In this document: positions 54,163-64,000 of the stretch, piece by piece
How the letters are laid out: every line of letters begins with the position of its first letter
Numbering within the stretch: the first letter of the stretch is position 1
Assembly (NCBI GenBank): GCA_030704615.1
Contig: CM060733.1
Location: 61,566,001-61,630,000, forward strand
Length of the DNA: 64,000 nt
Source: Takakia lepidozioides
Taxonomy: Eukaryota; Plantae; Bryophyta
Direction of reading: 5' to 3'
Notes under the pieces: generated by a model
What the model was told of the DNA's origin: nothing
Database searches by the model: none
Seen by the model: only the letters and a program-made list of their open reading frames with translations
Program-made: the position numbers and the translations under genes

Positions 54163-55300
54163 CCCACCCCAGCATTCACAATCACTTGTCCCTCACAACT
54201 GGCTACTTGTGCCTCACAAACCCTCCTCCTCCCTCACCACCTCTCCTTCTCCTCACCACCAAGCAGACTGACTTACCACGACGCTCTGAATTGCTTGTCT
54301 GTTTTGCTCCATAACAGTAGTCTGTGGGCGTGGATCCCCCACAGTCAATGTCAGAGTCCAACCCCACAGTTTGGTCGTAATTCTGCAGCCAGACTAGACA
54401 GGACCCAACACCATGCAGCCATTGCAAGGCAGCCACATGAATTTGTAGCGTGGGTGCCCAGCAGAGAGCTGCTCACGATCATGAAAAGTGCAATGTACAC
54501 ACCTGACAAGCACGAGAGGTCAACATAAATGATATTATTAATTTTGCGTGCAGAAGAGCAACGGACGCTTGTCCCGCACTCTGCACAACAGCGACGTCCA
54601 TCACCCCGCCGCCTGCCCTCTTTCTTAACACTTTCCATGCACTTAGTTATAAGTTACTCTCCTGCCTGCTCAATGCCTCCCACTCGAATTTGAATGGGAG
54701 TTATTTTTGCGCCTTGTAAGAGCCTGAGCCCTCACTCCCACTTTCTTTTTCATCTTTTTTTGGGGGGTGGGGGAACGGAAACATCTACTAGAGCGAATAC
54801 TCACATACCAAGCCCCAGTGAGAGGAGAAATTCAAAGTAAGCTCAGCCATGAGGCACAAGGCTCATTGGACACCGCCCAAGGGAAAGGGAAGAAAATGAA
54901 TCACACCCGACAAGGTAGCAGGCACCATCACCTGGGTGGCACTCCCTGCTCTACCTGCTGCTATTCTGCTAAAAACAGACTTATCTATAACTTGCAATCT
55001 GATTTTTCCCTTTTATCCTTGTTTCCAAGGAAACACCAGCCCGGGCGTGAGGGGGAAAACAAATGCATGGAATACATGCCAGCGGTGCTCTAGTCAGCAC
55101 AACCTATCACGCATACATAGAATTATTCATCCAAGGATTTCATTCACTTACATATATGGATGGGATATTCCTGCTACATGTGTCTTAATCTAATTCGAAA
55201 CTTGATCGCTGCGCTAAGCATCGAGACCCTTTGCATAGGCAGGGCCAATAAACTTCCTTACTGGGCCATGAAGGCAAACGGGGGCATGAAGGTATAGAGA

Positions 55301-55835
55301 TAGGGGTTTGAACCAGTGTTGGACTGGTATCAAGTTTTTTTACATACCAAACTGTCCTGGTACCAGACGCATCACAAAACTTTCATACCAGTCTGGTCTA
55401 TATAATGGTGGATGTATTTTTTTTCCACATATTGGTATGAATATGAGTATTACCAGCGAGTATTACTAGCTGGTATGAGATATCAACTCTGGTATCATTC
55501 CAAAGCCATCTTGAGTTACAAATGTGTCAAATGGCAAGTATCAAGTGAAAACAAATAAAATATACATAAAGAAATAAATATACTTAAGTACAAATATATA
55601 GGCAGATGTACACATAAATTACTTCAGTATACATACCAGAGTAAATTAGGAAGAAGGTGGGGGAGTATTGGTATTGTGGCTGGTATGAAAGAACTGATAC
55701 CAACCTGATCTGGTATATGACCAAGTACTCTCCCAAATGATACCAAACTAGTATGGTATCTAATACCAGTGCATATACCAGTATTATATACCAGTCCTTC
55801 ACCTATATACCAGTCCAACACTGGTTTGAACCCTA
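55301..55835. mobile_element. MITE with TAGGG-type ~29-bp TIRs (hAT-like)
   Basis: AACCAGTGTTGGACTGGTAT near the left end and its reverse complement near the right end. Many internal CTGGTAT/ATACCAG motifs. No TSD recognised. Confidence 0.7.
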
Positions 55836-58084
55836 GACCCACAGGTCAATGCACAGCATGTCTTACCACCGGGGCAGAGCCCTGTTGTTCTGGATTGTCA
55901 TTCGCTAACAAAAACAAGACCAATTAAAGGCCTCTCACTTTAAGATAATAACGTCTTCAATGGCACGTGCGAGGTGGCCGGTAGCCCCCGCGCACGGACG
56001 CCCGGCTCCCCCTACCCCACCCCACCCCGCCCCACCCGCGCCCCCGTCTGCCGCGCGGTCAATCCCGCGCCCATGAGTCCGCTGCCCTCAAGTTTGCCAA
56101 TCCGCTGTTGGCCAGTCCGCTGCCCAACAGTCTACCAGTGCGCCAGTCTGCCCGCCAGTCCGCTGCCCAGCAGTCTGCCAGTTCGCCAGTCTGCCCACCA
56201 GTCCCCTGCCATCCAGTCCGTTAACGGTGCAGGATCTCCACCGTCCGTTCCCATAACCCATCCGAGCCCTCCATTTTTAGGGCTGCAAAAATGGCAATGA
56301 TCTTGCCACCAAATCCCGGCTGCTCTCTTTTGACTGCTCTTTGTTGTCTAATGTTGCGGTAGGCGTTTCCATGCATAGGACTGTTCCTCTTTTGCGCGCG
56401 ATGTTCATGATGATGATGAAGCGTGTGCTTGAACATGAGAGGACTGTCTCGACACTATAGCCACCATCGTGCATATGCTTCCACTATTTTTGCCTTCTTG
56501 TTGTGCTTTCGGGAACCTTCGTTTTATGGTGTGGTTCTATGTCATAAATATGGAAAATGCGGGCATATGTCCTCGATAACGTCCTCTGCTTGTGATCCGT
56601 CATGATACGTTTAGCCCCTTCGTACTGCATCCCTCATGAGAGCCTTCACAAGTTTAGTTCGTTAAAGGAACCCATGGGTAACATGGGTGCGAAAATGGCG
56701 GAAGCGTATGCACATGGAGGCGTGTATTGCAGATTTCGTATCGGACGATGGGACTGTTTATGTGACCAAGTATAGCGGCTTGCATCCGTCGTGCATAAGT
56801 TGTGGAAAATGGTGGAGAATCTGAAGAAACCCAGCTTTGTGATGGATCCACATGGTATTATATAAGGGATGGCAACACAAAAAAACAATATGAGTCGTCA
56901 CGGAACACCATCCAGTCCTAAGGTCCTCAAACATCCACATACACCTGTTGAATGCAGATGTTTGAGCCACGACGGGAGTAGGTACAGAATCGGTACATTG
57001 TCGCATTTTCCAGGAGACGGACCAGGCTGAGACAATTGCATCCGCAAATGCGCGTGGATGTTTGAGGTCTGTTGTGCCACGAGTCTGTTCGCAGTGGGTC
57101 CGCTAGTCCGTCAGTGCTCCGGATATTCCCCTAATCACGTGCATAACAGTCAGTTTGGAGGCGGTATGCTGGAAGTCCGTCTGTTGGGATATCAGTCTGT
57201 CGCACTTGTGAATTTGTCAGTCTGTTGTGTCGGAAGTCTGTTGCAGTAAGTCTGTTCGACTTCTTATTTTTCCTTCGGTCAGTCTTTTGGCTTGTTCTCC
57301 CGCCAGTCTAGCGAAACGTCCGTCTGCTGGACAGTTCTCCTCTATGGATATTAGTCTGTTGGACTGTGCATGCATCAGTCTGTTGTGCCGCGAGTCTGTT
57401 CGCAATGGGTGTGTTTGACTTTCCTGTTCTCCCCTTACTCTCTTTTGTCTTCATTCCGCCTGCTTCTTTGCAAACCAGTCTGCTGAACTGGAGGTGTGCT
57501 CGACAATCGTTCCCTGATGGATATCAGTCTGTTTGCCTGGTACTTTGTCAGTCTGTTCTACTGCCAGTCTCTTTGCAGTGTGTCCGCTGGTAGGGAAATG
57601 CCTGCAATATGAAGCCGCTTCGCCTCAGCAAAGCGAACAGTCTGCTGGACTGGCGGTACGGTGGACTCTCGGCCCGATGGGAAATAAGTCTGCTGCACGT
57701 GCGAGGACCGTGGATGAATTTAGTACGATGCATTCGTTCGGTTGACGTATTCAATGCGATGACGGGGGATAGTTGGCGCCTGTGAAATCGCGCCACGTTG
57801 GCAGTGCCATGCCCGCTTTCCCCCTTCTACTTCTATTTTCTTCTCATGTTCCCCGTGTCGACTCCATTCTCTTCGCGCTTGTTTCTTCGCACTGTTTCGT
57901 TTTCCTCTTTGCGTTTCCATCACCGTAACAAAAGAGGACAGTTCTTCCCCAGGTGTGGAGAGTCGCGGTGAGCCGCGAAGCGTCGCAAACACGCTCGCCT
58001 TCGTAACAACTCGAAGTTCATCGGCTCGGTGAGCTTCTGACTTGCTACAGTGTTTACATTCCATTATGTGTCCTCTTCTCCAAC

Positions 58085-61066
58085 TATTTCAGAGAAGTGG
58101 TGTCGTGATGATGTTGTGCTTGAGCATGACATTAGAAACATCATGGACAAGCTCGCATGTGAGACTTTCAAGCGACATCAGGATGAGGGGACCAGTCTGA
58201 AGATGTGGAAGGAGGCCCAGCCCCAGAGTGTTTTCTTCTATCAAGAGGACACGCCTGATGCCCCTGCTGGAGGAACACGGCGCGGCAATGTCGACCTCAA
58301 ATTTGCCATTGGCATTCAAACAGAATTTTAGAAAAAAAACAATGCTCCAATGGATGACAAACGTATCGTCTCTTGTGATGCGACCTTCGGAACGAATGAA
58401 CACAAGGTGTGTGGAATCGACAGCGTGGACTCCTGGGAGCATGAGAGCATAGCATCTTTCACTGTGAAGGGGATCAGTGGGGAGCAGGGGATCAGTGGAG
58501 AGCAGGGGCACAGGGGGAGCATAGCCTTATCCGATGTGTAGGGGATCACGACATTGGGTCATCACCAGTGACCTATTAATCCCCCTATCGGATTCGACGC
58601 CACGGCTGCCTCAGCCCATTAGGGGACTAGACACATAGGCCAAACTCCATTTTGTATACTGCTGTGTATATATTGGGACCATTTTGGGACCATGACGTGT
58701 ACTTGTGTGATTCGTAGTGAGGGGTGCGCCCGCAGGAGGGAAGACAACTTAGCAAATGCATGCCTTGGGGGGTTATAGAGAGGAATGATGGAGGGATGGT
58801 CTCCTTCCAGGGGATCATGGCATAGCCCATAGGGGGGATCACATAATACTAAAATGAGAACAGAAGGGGTTGCAGGGTTCAGGGTTCACCTCTTGTGATT
58901 TCTTGTCATTAATTTCAGTAAAATGTTTCGCCTATTTTCAAAACAAAAGTACTTACATTGCACATTTTCGTCTTTGTGTGCAGTATGCCATGTATACTCT
59001 TATGGTCTTCGACATTTGGTTGAACGACATCCTTGTTGCATACATAATATCTTCAAGAAACAATGCCAACGATTTGTCAAGTTGGATGTTGGCTCTTCGT
59101 CAAAGGCTCCAGGCCGATCAGCCGGATTGGCATCCCAACGCATTCATTGTGGACAATGCCGATGCTGAGATTAACGCCATTCGGTTTGTTCTCAATCCCT
59201 CCCCCCTACCAATAAACTTCCATTGTCTGCTTCTGCATGAGGGGAGCACTAAGAGGGTAACAGTCACAATGTTTCCTGCAGGGGGATCCGTGTAGAGGGG
59301 ACCAAGAGTGTAGGGTTGCATGGGGGATCAGTGAAAGGGGATCGATTATGGGATCAGTGATCAGGGGACCAGGAGAGGGTACCAGGGGATCAGGAGCAGC
59401 AGATCTCACATCCGACAATGATCGAGGGTCCAGGAGTCCAAGGATGCATGGGGGGATCAGTGAAAGGGGATCAATTATGGGATCAGTGATCAAGGACTTC
59501 GGACACTCAGGGTACCAGGGGACCAGGACCAGCAGATCTTTGATCTGACAATGTGATTTTTATCGGCCTTTCATTGGCCATAGGAGGGCTCATGTATTCC
59601 CCTTTCATTGCCTTCACTGGATCTGCATGAGGGGTTTCAGTCAAAGGGGATCAGGGCATCAGGGAATCAGGGGTTTAGTGAAAGGGGATCAGGGGATCAC
59701 GAGCAGGGAGCACTTATCAGAGATTCATACTTGTATCTGATTTTGTGGTGGTCCTGTTGTGGTATTGTAGTGGCCTTGCTAATGCCGTTTTGTGGATGGT
59801 TCAGGCATACGTTCCCAGGGGTGCCGGTTTTCCTGTGCCTTTGGCATGTTCGAAGGGCCTGGCTGAGGAATGCCATCGAGAAGATCAAAGGATGCCCAGT
59901 TAAGGGCCGATGTATTGCAAGGTATGGGTGACATCATGTACAATAAAGGTGGTCCCATTGGTGACTCTTCGCAGGCCTGGGCTGTGTTTAGATTGTATGA
60001 GTTACAAACAAAGTATCCCGCAGCTAAGCTGTTCTTCTTGTATATCCACAAATGGTGGATCCCGAAAGTGGACATGTGGATTGTTGGAGCTCGAAATATC
60101 CCACATGCCGGACAAGATACGAATGTTGTAATTGAAGCGTACCATGCGAACCTGAAGAGGCGCTTGTCCCAAACAAGACAGAAAATGGACGGGCGTCGAC
60201 TGGATTGGTTGGTCTACATCCTAACAGGTAGCCTCCTCACACATTACTGGTATATTTCAACCTTGAAAGTTGAAGGGTTCATTCGCAACTCTAGGATGGA
60301 ACATTTCGTGCAAAATGCGGTGTGGATGGCTGGGCAGATACCGGAATCCAACGTGGAATTGCCCGAGCGCACGGGGGATCCTACGAAGGTAAAAAACATG
60401 TCTTCTCCAGGCACTGTATACACTATATGCAATCCAGCATCCGAGTGGGCTTGTTGTGACTGCCCTAACGCCATGGAAGGGAACCTATGCAAGCACCAAG
60501 TGAAGGTGTTCAAGATGTTGCGGCCACAGGTACCAGAGGGTTGAATTGTCCGAACTTGTGGAACACGACTTGGGACACTCAATGGGGGCATGGCCAAGCT
60601 GCTCGACCCTGATCCCCTGTCCGCTGCGGAGCCCCCGTGTGACACAGATCCCATGTGTGGCATTGACCCCCCTGCACCAGACACAGTTCCGGTTGGCAAT
60701 GTCTTGGGGGAGCAGCAGCCCCGCCATGAATCGTAGGCAACTGTCATGAAGGCCATCGCAGAGGAGATGCTCGGTTTGGAAGTCTGTGTGAAAGGTAACA
60801 TGGCCCTTCATAACCATCTTTTGAGTGACCTTCGTGTCACGAGAGGAAAGCTAGCACAAATGGCCACACGCATGGCTGCGGGTCTTCTCCTCCCACATCT
60901 TGTAAGAAGGTTTGAACGTGTTCAGGATGGATCGGGAATGAGTTTGAAGAGAAGAAAGGATTGGGTAGAGGTTCGTCTTGGATCCAAAAGAGTCTCAGCA
61001 ATCCCTCCATCTTCGTCTATTTTGCATGCACTTTGTCAAGTTGGGCGTCCCAGATTGAAGGGTTGA
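58085..61066 (+). mobile_element. Decayed Mutator-like (MULE) transposase with SWIM finger
   Basis: Spliced remnants: FAIGIQT..., CDATFGTN, YTLMVFD, FIVDNADAEINAIR, FP....LCLWHV, TNVVIEAYH, SWIM CDCPNAMEGNLCKH. Stops and frameshifts present. The element probably spans ~55930 to beyond 64000. Confidence 0.85.
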
Positions 61067-62259
61067 GAGCAAGCAGGTTTATGCTCTTGTGCTCCCATTG
61101 AGATTGCTGATTTCCCTGAGATTGCATTCTCATCGAAACATTTGGTATCAAACAATTTCTCATTATTCAAAATGGTTGAAGCTATGTTCAGTGACGCATG
61201 TGTTCTGTGATTCACAATGGAATGAAGGAGATGTGGATGATCATCCACCTTTTATTGCAATTGAGTCTGTATGCATGCATTTGCAGTGATGTGCAAAACA
61301 CAAATTACCGCCCACTTTTATGTTTAGCCTTTAAATTAACAGTCCTGAATTCCAATACTGAAAAGCGGTTGCCACCAGTCTCTAGTGTGTTCCCTACCAC
61401 CATTTTTGCATTGCAAGCACACTGCTCCCCTCCTCCCATCATGCCCCTTCTCCCATCATCCCCCTCTTCGTGTAGTGCTTCGGCCTCTGCTCCCCTGAAA
61501 TGAGGTTCCCTGATCCCCCTGATCCCCCTTCTCATCACAGCTGGCCCCCTCACACCCCTGCTTCCCGAGGTTGTGCTCAGCTCCCCGTGATCCCCTTCCC
61601 ATTCACTGCTCCCCCTCATCCCCCCATCCCCTCTGGCTTCGCAATGGACTTATATGCCCGGTCCCCTTCACCGTGCACTGCTCCCCCATGTATCAACCAA
61701 AGAGTTCGCTCAACAAGGCAGTGCGGCTGTCATCCGGCGGGGCAATTATTGAAGCCAGCCTTGTGTTCAGTGACCCATGATGTTTTGTGCGATTCACAGT
61801 GGTATGAGAGACATTTGTGGTGACCTCGTGGGAACCATTGGATTCCCATAGTGTATATAACATATCGTACATCGTATATGTGGTTTTGAAAGCCATTCTG
61901 TCTCTAACCATTATACATTCGCTTCCACGTGAACCCACCAGTTCAAAGTTCTCCATTTGAAAAGGAGGATCAGTGCATTTTTGCAAGGCAATGCACATAA
62001 AACCGATGCTTCAGGTATCACGTACCTTTGAAGAGCAAATACACTGTCTTGGACTAAAGCAAGTTTGTGGGCTCTGGGGTCATCTTCCGACTCTCGGCTC
62101 TCGCCATTGTTGGGCAAATTTCAGATTTTGCTTTGGGGGTTTATTTCAGTTTTTGTTGCTGCTGATGCACCACTCGACATGCAAAGGACGTGACCTTGCA
62201 TAGTGCAAAAACACACATGACCTTTCACAACTGCCCCTTCACACGCGACTTTCACCAGT

Positions 62260-62860
62260 TGATCCCCGATCCCCCGATTCGAAACCTACCGTTTCCTCAT
62301 CCCCTCACCCCGTGGTCCCCTCATCCCCTATCCCCGTCCAGCTCCCGACATTCCCTCCATGATCCCTTCGTCTCCCGGCCTGTTCCTCTGGTTCCCTGAT
62401 CCCCTGGTCTCCCCGCCCGCTCCCCTATCCTCGTTCCCTGATCCCTTGATCTCCCCAACCATTCCCTGGTTTCCCTGATCCCTGTTCTCCCCACTAGTTC
62501 CCCTAGTTCCCTGATCCCCTCATTTGCCTGGCCATTCCCCTGGTTCCCTGATCCCCTGATCTCTCCCGCTTGTTCCCCTGCTTCCCCGATCCCTAACCCC
62601 TATACAATCCCTTGTCTTCTTCATCCCCTCATCCCCCCGACCGCCCTGAGCCTGAGCCCCCTGATCCCCCCCTGAACGCCTTCAGGCTCCCTTATCTCCC
62701 TCATCCCCCGTTCCCCTGGCTAAGTCATCCCATGTGGCACCAACCCCCCCGGTTCCCTGATCCCTCTACCCCCTCGTTCAATGACCCCCTCATCCGCCAC
62801 ATCCTTGGTTGTCTGATCCACCTCAAGGATCCCCTCACCCCTTCATCCCCTTCACAACAC
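62260..62860. repeat. Pyrimidine-rich CCCTGATCCCC low-complexity repeats
   Basis: Many (GTT)CCCTGATCCC units, which are the reverse complement of the GGGGATCAG units at 58468-58550 and 59320-59720. Confidence 0.75.
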
Positions 62861-64000
62861 AGTGGACACCAAAGAAGGCACAAAGGGATTACAAAGAGGA
62901 GGACAAGCTTCATTTTTTTTTTAGTGGGGAATGGAGATACAATAGCTACATCCGAGGCATGCACATGCAACAGTCTACGCTGTAAATCTGCATCATCCTA
63001 ATTATCCACTATCCATCCACAAAGAAAATCCTGCTTTGATACTGCATACTCACATGTAAACCAATTTGCTGTAAAAGTCCCCCCCCCATTTTTTTGTGAT
63101 TTTGGTCTCCAAGTATTTATGTATGAAAGTCATTACAAAGTAGCCACACTCCCAGCCGCTTGATTGTTGTGGCACCTCAGGTTCCAGCCACTCCCATGCC
63201 ATTATTTCATTCAACCATGTGATCCCCCCACCTCTGCACTTCTTCCATTATCTGCTCCCCCAGAAGTGCCTACCCTCGTCTCACCGCATGCTATCCCATC
63301 GGACTCATCTCCCTCCTCACATGAGTTTTCTTTTTGTGCTCCCCCCTCATCTGGTACTGCTTTAGTGTGTATCACTGCTCCCTCCTTTTCTGATCTCCCT
63401 TTAGCCCTGGCAGCCCCCACCTCTACTTCCGATTTTTTGTCTGCTCCCCCAGATCTGTCTTCTACGAAGCATGCATCCGTGTGTGACCCTGTTCCCCCCC
63501 TGTCTGCCCCTGACTTCCACTCTTCTTCCCCACATCTGTCTACTCTCTTGCATGCTACTGTGACTCCCTCTAGTCCCCCCCTCAGTGCTCCATCACCTGA
63601 GGTGTCATCCCCCAACGTTCTTCCCGATGTCATGCCTGTTCCCCTCCATGTATATGCTCTGTCACGGGCTGTTGTGTCTCTCTGTGGTCCTTTACTCTCT
63701 GCCCTTGTCCAATCACCTCCTTCAACTCATCCCAAGTTTGTGTGTACTTCCCACGTGGAGAGGGAGGATGTGCCAAGATTGGTGGATCCAACTACCAAGT
63801 CCAGGCGATTTGCAGCTGTTTCCATCCTCTGCCGCCGACACAGAGGTTGAGGTTATTTCAACGTTGGTGACCCCTGAACGCCAGTCATTGGCAGGGAACA
63901 CCGAATTGGCAACGGAGGGGTTTGTTCCGCCCATGTCAGTTTTCCCAGGTGCACCCCCGTATCATCCACAGGCCATCCCGTTGTTATCCGCACTCACAGA

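Noticed and set aside
63164-63850. 228-aa Pro/Ser-rich plus-strand ORF
   Set aside because: Non-ATG start in C-rich low-complexity sequence that is naturally poor in stop codons.

Overview
Eukaryotic, intron-rich plant DNA. It is probably from a lineage with flagellated sperm (bryophyte/fern-like or streptophyte alga), inferred from a TTLL6/13-type tubulin polyglutamylase alongside plastid-type genes. Host genes, all on the minus strand: TTLL polyglutamylase (<1-6.4 kb), plastid Era GTPase (18.6-22.8 kb), a JMJ13/JMJ706-like JmjN-JmjC-C5HC2 histone demethylase (45.8-54.2 kb) and an intron-retaining RPL17 pseudogene (26.7-27.5 kb). Much of the rest is mobile DNA: MITEs, a hAT derivative with an 8-bp TSD, tRNA-derived SINEs, a pogo derivative and a decayed MULE/SWIM element. 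The centrepiece is an 11.9-kb Ty3/Gypsy-type retroelement (29108-41004) with domain order Gag-ZnK-PR-[DNMT3-like C5 cytosine methyltransferase]-RT-RNaseH-DDE integrase-PHD finger. Instead of two full LTRs it has split direct repeats (B-internal-A-B-A) with a palindromic GACA-GC-TGTC A|B junction. It also has a self-priming-type PBS, a captured 5'-inverted VTE3 gene fragment and a ~760-bp flanking duplication. A diverged relic at 14695-15545 shows the same PHD-PPT-A-B-A end, suggesting the odd terminal architecture is a family trait. Exon boundaries were read by eye and are approximate.
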